A program made the translations under genes and the position numbers. Below are positions 21,564-31,848 of a stretch of 64,000 nt of DNA, piece after piece; position 1 is the first letter of the stretch, and each line of letters begins with the position of its first letter. Below the pieces are notes generated by a model. That model did no database searches, was not told the DNA's origin, and worked only from the letters and a program-made list of their open reading frames with translations. This DNA comes from Pelagomonas calceolata (taxonomy: Eukaryota), in assembly GCA_918797485.1 (NCBI GenBank), contig CAKKNE010000002.1, forward strand, positions 1,922,001 through 1,986,000, in the 5' to 3' direction.

Positions 21564-22679
21564 ATGGCTGCACAACACGCAGACCCAAAATCCGCGCTGC
21601 CGCAGCGTCCGCCGACGCGGTACCAGCGCCGAAGCGCAGCCGAGCGTTCGTTCGCCCTGAACGCCGTGCCGGAGCCGCCCGAAGAGCCGCCGCTTCAGAC
21701 TTTGCCGCGCGACCTCCTCCGCGCCCACGTCTTCGAAGCACTGTCGCTCTGGGATTTAGGAAGACTCGGCTGCGCGGCGTCGTGGCTGGCCGAGACCGTG
21801 TTCGACGACCAGAAGGCCTGGGAGCGGCGCAACGGCCTGCTCGTCGGGGGCCTGCAGTGCATGCACGGCGGCGTCCTCGGGGCGACGCGCGCGGGCCGCG
21901 TCGCGGAGCGGTGCTGGACCGGGATCATGTCGGCGGCCATGGAGGCGCCGCGGTCCACCACAACAACACCCTACTGCGCGGCGTCCTGGGTCGCCGTCAA
22001 CGTCGAGGCGCGGCGGCGCGCCGAGGCGGCGGCGGTGGCCGCGCGGCACGGCGCGCCGTGCGCGCTCCCTCCCCAAGGCGCGCGCGCGCGCGCCGCGTCC
22101 ATCGACGCCGAGGCCTCTCTGGATGGATTCCTCGAGGACGCCTACGCGTTGGCCGCTTTAGCGACGCCGTCGGAGCTGACGCAGCTTATTGCCGAGGCCG
22201 GCGGCACGGCGCGGGCCGTGAGCCTCGTCGCGACGTTCCTGCGCGTCGTCGACGGCCACCAGCTGGGCCTGGGCACGGGCGTCGACGCGCTCGCGCCCGT
22301 CGCCCGGGACGCGAAGCTGCGGGAGGCGCTCCGCGCGGCGGCCGCGGCGGACAACGGCTACGACTACCGCTGCGTGGTCTGGGACCTCGGGGGCCTGCAG
22401 CTCTACCGCCTGCGCGACGCCGTCCGGTGGTCGGAGAGCAGCCCGCGGTGCGTCGCGAGCGGCGCCCTCTTCTTCCTCGAGCGGGACGCGTTCGTTCCGG
22501 CGCGCCACGTGATGCAGGCCGCGAACACGGGCTTCCTCGAGCAAATCCATTACCAGAACCAGCTCAAGGTCGCGGCCGCGGCGGCGGGGCGGTTCGTCGG
22601 CTTCCTCGAGGACAACTTCGGGCGGACGCTGCCGGCCGGCGTGCGGAAGCCGGTGTTCCAGGTGCGGGTAACGACATAG
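21564..22679 (+). CDS. F-box-like protein
   Basis: LQTLPRDLLRAHVFEALSLWDLGRLGCAASWL is an F-box pattern. Confidence 0.65.
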   Translation: MAAQHADPKSALPQRPPTRYQRRSAAERSFALNAVPEPPEEPPLQTLPRDLLRAHVFEALSLWDLGRLGCAASWLAETVFDDQKAWERRNGLLVGGLQCMHGGVLGATRAGRVAERCWTGIMSAAMEAPRSTTTTPYCAASWVAVNVEARRRAEAAAVAARHGAPCALPPQGARARAASIDAEASLDGFLEDAYALAALATPSELTQLIAEAGGTARAVSLVATFLRVVDGHQLGLGTGVDALAPVARDAKLREALRAAAAADNGYDYRCVVWDLGGLQLYRLRDAVRWSESSPRCVASGALFFLERDAFVPARHVMQAANTGFLEQIHYQNQLKVAAAAAGRFVGFLEDNFGRTLPAGVRKPVFQVRVTT

Positions 22680-22691
22680 TTTTCCACATAC

Positions 22692-23831
22692 TTACGCACT
22701 CCCCGACGGCGTCTCGCGGGTGGTGAGCGCGTCTCTCAACTTTCGAAGGGAGTCCTCAACCCCCGTTGTGAACGGGTGCGCGCCACCAAGTACGCGTCGC
22801 GCGATACGTTCAACGTCCTCGAACGTCGTCACGGCCTCGCGTAGTTCGGGGAGCGTGGCGGCGGCGTTGCAGCAGAGCGACTGCGCGTAATTACACCTCA
22901 AATGAAGCGTGATCTGATTACTCTCTCCGAGAACGCGCCGCGCCGCGGGTATCGATTTGCGCAATAGCTTCTTGGCTTGTTGGAAGCGCTTGAGTCCAAT
23001 AAGGGATGACACGTAGTTGCTGGCCGCTTGGAGGGTTCTACCATGTTCTTTGCCATGGAGTTTCAAGGTTCTAGAGTATACCTCTTGCCGCAGGGACAGG
23101 GCCTCTTCGGATCGGTCGAGCGATTGATACGTTTTTGCAAGATTGGATTTAACAGTGAGCATGTGATTCGCGTTCTCTGATGTGCCAACGCGCCGCCCCG
23201 TAGCCAACTCGGCCTCTTGCACGACCAATGCGTCCTCGTAGTGACCTCCGGCGGATAAGCCCTTCCCTAGTAAGCATAAAGCCAATTGCCGAGTTGGGTC
23301 CATCTCAGGCCGACCCACAAACGTCTTCCAGCAGGCCCACCCGAGGGCACACCGCACAACGCTGTGGTAACTTTGCTCGCACAAGCTACACTGGGTCCAC
23401 CGATCCCACCTCGGCTGCATCGCCTCGTAGTCCAAATTGTTCTCCTCACCCTCGGCGACCAAAATCTTCGCCTGCTCCACCAGACACGACACGTGCACAA
23501 CGCCTGCCGTCCCGCGGCACGAGCACCCGCGCACGAGGCCCTCCTTCGTTTTCCAATGGAGCGCCTGCGTGCAGATGAAGCACGTCTGGCCCTTCGTGTC
23601 GTCGGCGTACTTCTCGGCCGCGACCGCGACGGCCTCCTTGTATTTTTTTTCGGCGTGGTATTCTTCGGCGCCGCCGCCCTTTTTTATCATCTTGCAGAGC
23701 TTGTCATGGCCGCCTGCCTCCCAGTGTTGTTTCTGGCAGGCCGGCCCGCAGTAGCGTGTACTGCAGCGGCCGCACCTCTTTCCGCCGGTGCCAAGCTCGG
23801 TAGCGCAGACGGCGCACTGCGTGAGGATCAT
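22692..23831 (-). CDS. MYND zinc finger + RING-CH (RINGv) + TPR protein, copy 1
   Basis: CAVC...CGRC...YCGPACQKQHW...H (MYND), CFIC...GCSCRGTAGVVHVSCL...CSLC (RINGv), and kinesin-light-chain-type TPRs (SNLA, LHGKEHGRT, RRVLGGAHP). Confidence 0.85.
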   Translation of the reverse strand: MILTQCAVCATELGTGGKRCGRCSTRYCGPACQKQHWEAGGHDKLCKMIKKGGGAEEYHAEKKYKEAVAVAAEKYADDTKGQTCFICTQALHWKTKEGLVRGCSCRGTAGVVHVSCLVEQAKILVAEGEENNLDYEAMQPRWDRWTQCSLCEQSYHSVVRCALGWACWKTFVGRPEMDPTRQLALCLLGKGLSAGGHYEDALVVQEAELATGRRVGTSENANHMLTVKSNLAKTYQSLDRSEEALSLRQEVYSRTLKLHGKEHGRTLQAASNYVSSLIGLKRFQQAKKLLRKSIPAARRVLGESNQITLHLRCNYAQSLCCNAAATLPELREAVTTFEDVERIARRVLGGAHPFTTGVEDSLRKLRDALTTRETPSGSA

Positions 23832-24005
23832 CTCGAGCCCAATGCGTCGTTGGAAAGGGCAGCGCGTACAGAGATTATTGAGAGGCCACACAGGGAGATG
23901 ACCCTGGCGTCCCCGTCGAGCTCCGGACGTCCCTGGCTTTCGGAAGACGTCTGCCGCGGGGGCACTGAGTACAAGGGACCATCTGGAAGGCTGCGTTTTT
24001 CGGCG

Positions 24006-24029
24006 CTAGTGTCTCTCCATGTACGCTAG
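24006..24029. promoter_or_regulatory. CTAG bipartite intergenic element (CTAGTG-N12-CGCTAG)
   Basis: Exact motif in the divergent promoter between MYND copy 1 and eIF3a. Confidence 0.5.
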
Positions 24030-24193
24030 GTGACTTCATTTTTATGGCGAGCGAGGCTATTTTGCCCGTGTAAAGAGCTGCTGCGGGCCAACCAGTGGTC
24101 GCCAGCTCACGCGCGCAGCCATAAATTTAGAGTCGCGCGCCGAGACGCGGCGCCGGCGACCAGCGACGCGCAGCGAGCTCCCTCGCTAGCATC

Positions 24194-27100
24194 ATGGCTA
24201 ACCAGTACTTTTACGTGCGCACCCGGCGTCCGGCCCAAAAACGCGCGCCGGAGCGCTGTCTGAGAGATGATACGTGGACGCGCGTCGGCACAGCGGTCGG
24301 CGGCGCGCACGGCTGGGGCGCGGCGCCGCGGGAGAGCCCTCTCGGCGACGACGCGTGAGCGGTGAGAGCCCCGCACCGCCACGCCATCGAGCCGACGTCG
24401 CGCAACGTAGCACACACACACACACACACCGCTCACCCTTTCCTCACACAGAAACCCGAGAATGCCCTGAAGCGCGCGAACGAGCTCTCGGCCATCGGCA
24501 ACGAGAAAGGAGCTTTACAAGTGCTCCATGACGTCCTCACGGCGAAGAAGTCGCGGACCTGGGTCAAGGTCCTCGAGTCGATCATGCTGAAGTACATCGA
24601 CATTGCGGTCGATCTGAAGCTCCACCGCCACGCGAAGGACGGCTTACATCAGTACCGGAACATTTCCCAGCAGCAAGCGCCGCAATCGCTCGAAGCGATC
24701 ATCCAGCACCTCCTCAAAGCAGGAGAGTCGAGGGTCGCCAAGGCCGCGAAGGAAGCGCGGTCCATGAATCTCGGCAAGGGCAAAGCTGTGGCGGACTTGG
24801 AGTGCGAGCAGACGCCGGAAGCGATCATGTTGTCGACGATGACTGATGAGGGCGACGGGGATCGTTCAGAACGAGAGGTGCTCGTTCCTTGGCTCAAATT
24901 TTTGTGGGAGACGTATAGATCGGTCCTAGACATTTTGAAGACGAACTCCAAGCTAGAGAAGGTCTACCACCAGACGGCGCAGCGAGCCTTTGAATTTTGC
25001 GTCCAGCACGAGCGCAAAACCGAGATGCGGCGGTTGTGCGAGACGTTGCGGCACCACCTGTCGAACCTGCAACGAGCCACGGCGCAAGGCAACACGAATC
25101 GCCTGCGAGGCTGGGAGGGCTGGACCCAAGAAGGTATTGAGTTACATTTAGCTACTCGCTTCGCGCAACTCGAAGCCGCGTCCGCCCAGGAGCTCTGGAC
25201 CGAGGGTTTCAGAACGGTGGAGGACATCCACCAGGTCATGCGCATCTCGAAAAAACCGCCGAAGGCCAAGCTCATGGCGAAATACTACGAGCGACTCACG
25301 AAGATCTTCTGGGTGAGCGGCAACTACTTGTTCCACGCCTACGCCTGGTGGCGCCACGCCCAATTAGCTAAGGAAAGCCAGAAGCGGCCGCCGCCCGTGG
25401 AAGATCAAATCCAGATGGCCTGTTCCGTTTTACTCTCAGCCTTGGCCATCCCCGACGCGTCCGACGGCGCGCCCGACGAGCAAGGTTTAGGACAGTCGGG
25501 TGATCCCGACGACGTCGACGCCGAGAAGATGGCGCGGATGGCCACTTTGTTAGGCTTTCGGGGCCATCCGACGCGGGCGGCCTTGCTGGCGGAGATCGCG
25601 GCCGACGATGAGTTGGTTGACGTGTTCGGGCACGATTTGCCCGCCCATGTTCGGGCGTTGCACGAGGCGCTCGAGAACACCTTCGCGCCGCGCAAACTCG
25701 CGGGCACGGTGGCGCCTCTGCTGAAGGAGTTGAAAGAAGCTACTCCTAGACTCGCGCATTATGCCGAACCTCTAGCTCGCGTTGCCGTCTCGAGGGTCGT
25801 GGCCCAATTAGGCCGCGTCTACTCCGTCGTCACCCTGGACAACTTCGAGCAGCTCGTCGCTCCTTTATCTGTCCCGGCTGATGATGTTGAGAAGCTCATT
25901 GTTGGGGCCGCGGGCGGACCGGGCGGCGGCGCTTCCAGTGGAGGCGCCTTGGCGCGCGTCGACCATCGCTTAGGCGTCCTGCGCTTCCCCGAGGAGCCCC
26001 AGGCCGCGCCGGCGTCGCGCCACCTCGGCGATCTCGCTCGCTACGTCGCGGAGGCGGCCCAAGCGGCGAGGGACCACAAGCCCGAGGAGATGCGCGACCC
26101 CGAACGAGCGGCGAAGCGCGCTAGATTATTTGAGATGGCGCGCGCCGCGTCGGCGCGGGACCACGAGTCGGCGCTCGAGCGCAAGCAAGTTATTGAGAGA
26201 AGGAAGGAGGAGCAAGAGCGATTGATGGCCGAGAAGAAGGCCGCGGAAGACGCGGAAGAGCGCCGGCTCGAAGCCGAGAGGAAGAAGGAGGAGGAGGCTC
26301 GGCTCGAACGGTGCGACGCGGCGTCCTTTGACCTTTCTACGATCCTACGCCATCGACGCGACTCGTCTCCGTCATCCGAGGTCGTTCGTGACTCCGTATC
26401 CTACACAGGGAAGCGAAGCGCCGCGAGCGCGAGAAGCTCGAGAAGATGCGCGCCGAGCTCCAGGTCCAGGAGGCCAAGGAGCAGATGAAGGCCCTGGGCA
26501 AGGACGTCGGCGACGAAATTATTAACATGAAGGAGGAGGAGCGCCAGAAGCTCATCAAGGACCAGCGCGACAAGCAGCGCAAGGCCGAGCAGAACGAGGC
26601 CAAGAAGATGCTCGAACAATCCAAAAGGTTGGACTACATTACTCGCGCTTTGCGGTTGGAGGAGCTGCCGGTCCTGGAAGCGAGGTACGCGAAGCGGCTG
26701 GAAGAAGATAGAGCTAGGCATGATGCGCAGTACGTCGAGAGCGTCGAGAAGGGCAAGGTCGATCATGCTGCCGCTTTATTGGAGAAGAAGCGGTTGGCGC
26801 GGGTCCAGAGTCATAGAGAGAAGTGGGAGGCCGGTGTTTTGGCTGCGCGGAAGGCCGCCTATGTTAAGGCTCGCGCGGATGCAGAACAGCAGCACAAGGA
26901 AGAGGCCATCGCGCGCAAGGTCGCCCGCGCTCGTAGGCGCCGGGAAGATTATCTCGACGACTTGGAGCGCGCTCGAGCCGAGGACGAGGAGCGCGCCTAC
27001 GAGGCGGCCGCCGACGCGTTGCGCGCCGAGGAGGAGCGCGCTTGGGAGGCTCAGCAAGCTGAACGCCGCGAGGCCGAGGAGGCGCAGCGTAGAGAGGAGG

Positions 27101-27840
27101 AAGAGAAGAGGGCGGCCGAAATCGCCCGGCACCGCGCGGAAGCGGAACGCCTGCGCGCCGAACGCGCGGCCGAGGCCGAGGCGGCCGACGCACAAGAGCG
27201 CGAGAGGCGCCAGGCGGCGGACGGTCCCAGCGACTGGCGCCGCGGCGGCGCGCGCCCCGACGACGGTCCGCCGCCGCGCCGCGGCTTCGGTGGCGACGAC
27301 GGGCCCCGGCGCGGCGGATTCGGTGACGGCGACGCGCGCCGCGGCGGCTTCGGCGACGCGCGCCGCGGTGGCGGCTTTGGTGGTGATGAGGGTCCCAGAA
27401 GGGGCGGCTTCGGTGATGCTCGCCGGGGCGGCTTTGGAGATGATGCTCCGCCGCGTCGGGGTGGTTTCGAGGATGGACCTCCTCGCAGAGGCTTTGATTC
27501 GGGAGCTCCGCCGCGCCGCGGCGGCTTCGAAGATGGGCCTCCTCAGCGGTCGCGCTTTGAGGATGACGGGCGCCCTCCGCCGCGGCGCGGTGAGGCCTTC
27601 CAGGATGGCCCCCCTCCTAGGAGAGGCGGGTTCGAGGACGGGCGCCCGGCGCCGCGGAGATCGACGGCCGGCGGGGACGGCGAGCCCGACGGTGGCGGCA
27701 TGTGGCGGAGAGGTGGCGCCGCCCCGCCGGGGCCGCCGCCCGCTCGGTCCGAGCGGCCGCGCCGCGAGTCCAAGCCTCGCGGCCGGACGGACGGCGAGGC
27801 CGACGCGAAGGACAACTGGCGCCGCGGCGGCGGCAACTAG
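24194..27840 (+). CDS. EIF3A: Eukaryotic translation initiation factor 3 subunit A (3 exons: 24194-24214, 24452-26310, 26409-27840; about 1103 aa)
   Basis: [44 protein letters not shown], coiled coil, and PPRRGGF repeats. Both introns are GT-AG and the total of 3312 nt is in frame. Confidence 0.93.
26311..26408 (+). other. eIF3a intron 2, probable decayed introner
   Basis: GT...CTACACAG. Contains ACGCCATCGACGCGAC (26347-26362), the core shared with the TIR-bearing introns. No clear TIR or TSD remains. Confidence 0.65.
27238..27660 (+). repeat. Coding degenerate repeats (PPRRGGF(G/E)D) in the eIF3a tail
   Basis: About a dozen RRGG(F)-type units in the translated ORF 26446-27840. Confidence 0.8.
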
Positions 27841-27981
27841 GAGGCGGCGACGGCACTTCCACCCCTTATTCCCCCCCGTATAACTATCTCGAAACTAACA
27901 GTGGCCTGCGCCCACCCACAATTAACAGCGGCGCTTCCCATAGCAGCTATATTGATAACAAACAGTCCCAACATGCTACCA

Positions 27982-29127
27982 TTAGACGCTCTCCGACGGC
28001 GGCGATGAGGACGGCGTCTCGCGGGCGCTGAGAGTGGCTCGTGCGCCTCCAAGCGCCTGCTCAATCGCCACTACGATCGGGTGCGCGCCGCCGAGCAGGC
28101 GCTGCGCGGTCCTTTTCGTCTCAGCGAGCGACGTCGCGGCCTCGCGGAGATCGTCGAGCGTGGCGCCGGAGTCCAGGGAGAGCGCCACCGCGTAAACCGT
28201 CCTCATCCTGAGCGTGTGATCATGACCCGCACCGAGAACACGTCGGGCCACGGGGGTCGTTTTGCGCATCAGTGACTTGGCTTCTTCGAAATGCTGTAGT
28301 TGAACAAGGGACGACGCGTAGTTGAGGGCTACTACGAGGGTCTGTCTATGTTCCTCGCCGTTGAGCTTCAAACGTCCGTAGTATATATCTCGCTCCATGC
28401 TTAGGGCCTTCTCAAGGCGTCCAAGCGCAGCATACGTGTTCGCAAGATTGCTCTGCACGGCGAGAATGTCTTCTGCTGATGCGCCGCTGCGCTGATACGT
28501 AGACAACTGGGCCGCTCTCACGGACAACGCGTCCTCATAGTGTCCTGCAGTGTATAAACCGTTCCCAAGCAGGTTCATCGCCATACGCAGGACCTCATCC
28601 GTCTCAGGCCGCCCCACGTACGTCTTCCAGCATGCCCACCCAAGCGCACCGGACACGACGCCGTGGTACCGTTGCTCGCACAGGCCGCACGTGGACCATC
28701 GCGCCCACCTCTCATTCAACACCTTGAAGCCCAAATTGTTTTCCTCGGCCTCCGCGACCAAAATCTTCGCCTGTTCCGCCAAGCACGACACATGCGCGAA
28801 GCCCGCCGTCCCGCGGCACGCGCACCCGCGCACAAGGCCCTCCTTCGTCTTCCAATGAAGGGACTGCGTGCAGATGTAGCACGTCTGGCCCTTCGTGTCG
28901 TCCGCGCATTTCTCGACCGCGACCGCGACGGCCTCCTTGTATTTTTTGTCGGCGTGGTATTGTTCCGCGTTGCCGCCGCGGTGTATTTTCTTACACATCT
29001 GCTTGTGGCCGCGGCGCCAGTGGTCCATCTGGCAAGTTTTGTTACAATATCTTGTATGGCACCTTACACATCGCGGCGCGGTGTGGGCCAGTGGGGCGGC
29101 GCAGGCGGCGCAGTTTGTGAGGATCAT
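27982..29127 (-). CDS. MYND zinc finger + RING-CH (RINGv) + TPR protein, copy 2
   Basis: Same architecture as 22692-23831, sharing KKYKEAVAVA, DDTKGQTC, LHWKTKEGLVRGC and ALGWACWKT. Confidence 0.87.
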   Translation of the reverse strand: MILTNCAACAAPLAHTAPRCVRCHTRYCNKTCQMDHWRRGHKQMCKKIHRGGNAEQYHADKKYKEAVAVAVEKCADDTKGQTCYICTQSLHWKTKEGLVRGCACRGTAGFAHVSCLAEQAKILVAEAEENNLGFKVLNERWARWSTCGLCEQRYHGVVSGALGWACWKTYVGRPETDEVLRMAMNLLGNGLYTAGHYEDALSVRAAQLSTYQRSGASAEDILAVQSNLANTYAALGRLEKALSMERDIYYGRLKLNGEEHRQTLVVALNYASSLVQLQHFEEAKSLMRKTTPVARRVLGAGHDHTLRMRTVYAVALSLDSGATLDDLREAATSLAETKRTAQRLLGGAHPIVVAIEQALGGARATLSARETPSSSPPSESV

Positions 29128-29184
29128 TTTGCGTTGGCGTGAGTTTCGTGGGCCAACTAAGAGTTGGCGAAAAAGTTGATAAAG

Positions 29185-29207
29185 CTAGCGGTCCGTAAAC
29201 ACACTAG
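29185..29207. promoter_or_regulatory. CTAG bipartite intergenic element (CTAGCG-N11-CACTAG)
   Basis: Exact motif in the divergent promoter between MYND copy 2 and the IQM-like gene. Confidence 0.55.
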
Positions 29208-29334
29208 CCAGCTCCTCGACTGAATCGAGCTCCTTTACTCAATTGCAGTGCAATCTCATCGGGTGCCGCTTGTACGGTGCCCGAGCTGTGCTGACTTTTT
29301 AAAAGTATTTGAATAGCTAAGAGGGGAGACGTGT

Positions 29335-31812
29335 ATGACCGCCGCCGCGGCACCTACGAACACGGCGGCGGCCCCCCCGTCACCGCATCTTGCGGAGCGC
29401 GCAGCCGTGCTCACGCCCGCGACCGCGCGGCGGGCCCGCTCGGCGAACTCGCCAGATGCCCTGCCGCTGACACAGCTCTCGGACAGCTCGCCGGCCCGGC
29501 AGCGCGACTCGCCCAAGCTCCCGCAGCAGCCGAACAAGCCTTTGATAGACCCGGCGTCGGGCTACGTGCCCGAGATCGACGCCCCCCCGTCGGTGGCCGT
29601 CTGCTCCGGCCACCGCTGCGTGCGCGGCCGCAGCGGCCCCTGGTGCTTCTGCCAGCGCGGCCCGTCGCCGTCGCCCTCGCCGAAAAAGAAGGACGGCGAC
29701 GGCGAGCCGCGGTCGCCCGACGCGCCGAAGCGCGACCCCGTCGTCTACGAGGGCGAGCCCGACGGTCCTTTGAAGGGCCGCACGGGCCGCGCCCTATCGA
29801 AGGTGACGCGCGACGCGCTGACGGAGCGCATCTACAAGCGCAACGCCACGGACGAGCGCGAGGCCTTCGCGTCGCTGGCCGGCGGCCGCTACATGTGCGC
29901 GCGCCTCGACAAGCGCTGCTGGCTGGAAGTCGAGGACAAGCGCCACCGCTACGCGAAGAATTTGAGGCGGTACCACTACGAGTGGGTGCGCTTAGAAAGA
30001 CCAAAGGGCGACTTCTTCGCGTGGCTCGACAGCCACAAGGAGCCCTTGCAGACCTGCACGCGCGAGAAGCTCGAGTCGGAAGTGGTCCGGTACTGCTCCC
30101 AGGACCAAGCCCGGAAGTATATGTTGAGGTGCGTCGGTGGGTTAGTTTTTCACTTAAAAACGGACGACCACCACCACGCGCGCGACCTGTCACGCGATAG
30201 AAGGGGCCACCGGGAGCGGCACCGCTCTCCACAAAGACGTTCTAGAGAAGAGAAGCCCCGTCATAGGAGCCCACCTAGGGAACCGACCCAAGCTCAAAAG
30301 AGCGCGCCGGACGGCATGGCGCCACTCACAACAGGTCCCAAGGGCTGGATTTTTGTACTGCACGACGGCGGGTTCTACGCGCGACGCAAGGGTACGGCCG
30401 CGGGCAAGGCGCGGTTCCACCATTCCTCGTTCTTTGGCGGCGAGTGCGTCGACGCTGCGGGGATTGTAGTAGCGAGAGACGGCGTCGTCCAGCGCATCCT
30501 GCCGCACTCGGGGCACTACCGGCCGCGCGAGGCGCACTTCGCCCGCTTACTGTTATACTTGAGGGACAACATGGGGTTAACCTTAGACACCATCGAGGTC
30601 GACGTGCAGCGCGTTTTAAGAATAGCAAGGCCGGAACACGCGCGCAAGATGGACACGCCGCACTTCTGGTCTGCGGCGCAGGCCTTGGCTTTTCTGACGC
30701 ATAAAGCGCTCGCGAAGCTGTCGAACCTATTTCACGCCATCGAGAATAGAGGAGCATTAGATGCGTTACGGATGCGCGACGCGGCCTACGCGGCCAAGGC
30801 CGCTGCTGCTTTAGCGCGCGGCGACAACATCGCGGCGCGCGTGTCTCAAAGTGTGAGGCGCGCCAGGCGGCCGTCCGAGGACCGCACGAATGATGTCTTG
30901 GAGGCCTTCGACGAGTCGACGGGCCCCTTCTCGCCCCGAAGACCCCGCGGCAATTCCATACAATTGCCGGCCGGCGACGCGCACCTGCGGACCATCACGC
31001 CGGGGACCTTCCCGACGGAGCTGGGCGTCGAGGACGAGGCCCTGCGGCCCACGACGCCGCCGCCGCGCCTGCAAGACGCGCCACCCCTCTCGCGGTCGGC
31101 GCCGTCGAGCGCCCAGCGGCCCCACGTGCGCCCGCGGCTCTCTCCCAGAACGTTCGACGAGCCGTCGTCGCCGCCGTCGCCGCCGACGCCCACGGCGCGC
31201 GGGAGAAGTCCGTTGCCGACGTCTCCGCCGCCCGCGCCGCCCTTCCGCATGGTCGCGCCCGGCAGCCCGGCTGCGTCGCTCGCCGCGGCGCCGCCGCCGC
31301 GGCGCCGCGCGCGGTCCGCCGAGCGCCGCGACGCGCGCGACGTCGTTGGTGCTACCTCAAGGGCTAGGTACCGCCGCCGCGGCGACGCCGCGGCGCTGCT
31401 CGGCCTGCGCGAGGACCCGGCGCAGCGCCGCGCGCGGACGGCCGCCGTCGCGGCCGCCGTCGCCGCCGCGGACGACAGCGTGCTCGAGGAGGCCCGCGAC
31501 GACCCCTGGTGGGAGGGCGCGTCGCCTCCTGGTTTAGCGATGCGCCGCAAGCACGACGCCGACGACGAGGCCCGGAACGACGACGGCGCCGCCGACTCGT
31601 CGTCGGATTCCGACGACGACGACGACGCCGCGAGCGACGGGGGCTCGTCGTCGGACTACTCCGGCGACGAGGCCGAGCGGCGCCCGCGGCGCTTGGGCTT
31701 CGCCGGGAGCGGCGGGTCGCTCTCGACGCTTGTCGACGACGAGGAGGCCGCGCCGCTCGTCACGGAGACGGACTCGCCGGGCGACGGCGACGACGATACG
31801 GCTTCGCCTTGA
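29335..31812 (+). CDS. IQM-family (IQ-motif-containing protein IQM-like) protein
   Basis: WLEVEDKRHRYAKNL, FFAWLD, WIFVL, FHHSSFFGG, AAG and PHSGHYRP match conserved IQM blocks. Low-complexity tail. Confidence 0.8.
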   Translation: MTAAAAPTNTAAAPPSPHLAERAAVLTPATARRARSANSPDALPLTQLSDSSPARQRDSPKLPQQPNKPLIDPASGYVPEIDAPPSVAVCSGHRCVRGRSGPWCFCQRGPSPSPSPKKKDGDGEPRSPDAPKRDPVVYEGEPDGPLKGRTGRALSKVTRDALTERIYKRNATDEREAFASLAGGRYMCARLDKRCWLEVEDKRHRYAKNLRRYHYEWVRLERPKGDFFAWLDSHKEPLQTCTREKLESEVVRYCSQDQARKYMLRCVGGLVFHLKTDDHHHARDLSRDRRGHRERHRSPQRRSREEKPRHRSPPREPTQAQKSAPDGMAPLTTGPKGWIFVLHDGGFYARRKGTAAGKARFHHSSFFGGECVDAAGIVVARDGVVQRILPHSGHYRPREAHFARLLLYLRDNMGLTLDTIEVDVQRVLRIARPEHARKMDTPHFWSAAQALAFLTHKALAKLSNLFHAIENRGALDALRMRDAAYAAKAAAALARGDNIAARVSQSVRRARRPSEDRTNDVLEAFDESTGPFSPRRPRGNSIQLPAGDAHLRTITPGTFPTELGVEDEALRPTTPPPRLQDAPPLSRSAPSSAQRPHVRPRLSPRTFDEPSSPPSPPTPTARGRSPLPTSPPPAPPFRMVAPGSPAASLAAAPPPRRRARSAERRDARDVVGATSRARYRRRGDAAALLGLREDPAQRRARTAAVAAAVAAADDSVLEEARDDPWWEGASPPGLAMRRKHDADDEARNDDGAADSSSDSDDDDDAASDGGSSSDYSGDEAERRPRRLGFAGSGGSLSTLVDDEEAAPLVTETDSPGDGDDDTASP

Positions 31813-31848
31813 ATGTTCAAGTGTAATGGTCGTTGATTCAAAACTTAT

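Noticed and set aside
24411..24429. (CA)n microsatellite; also poly-T at 56545-56560 and (GC)n at about 53934-53953
   Set aside because: Simple repeats with no further structure.
27238..27660. Regularly spaced repeats that might suggest a CRISPR array
   Set aside because: They are coding RGG-type repeats of eIF3a with synonymous variation. The context is eukaryotic and there are no cas genes.
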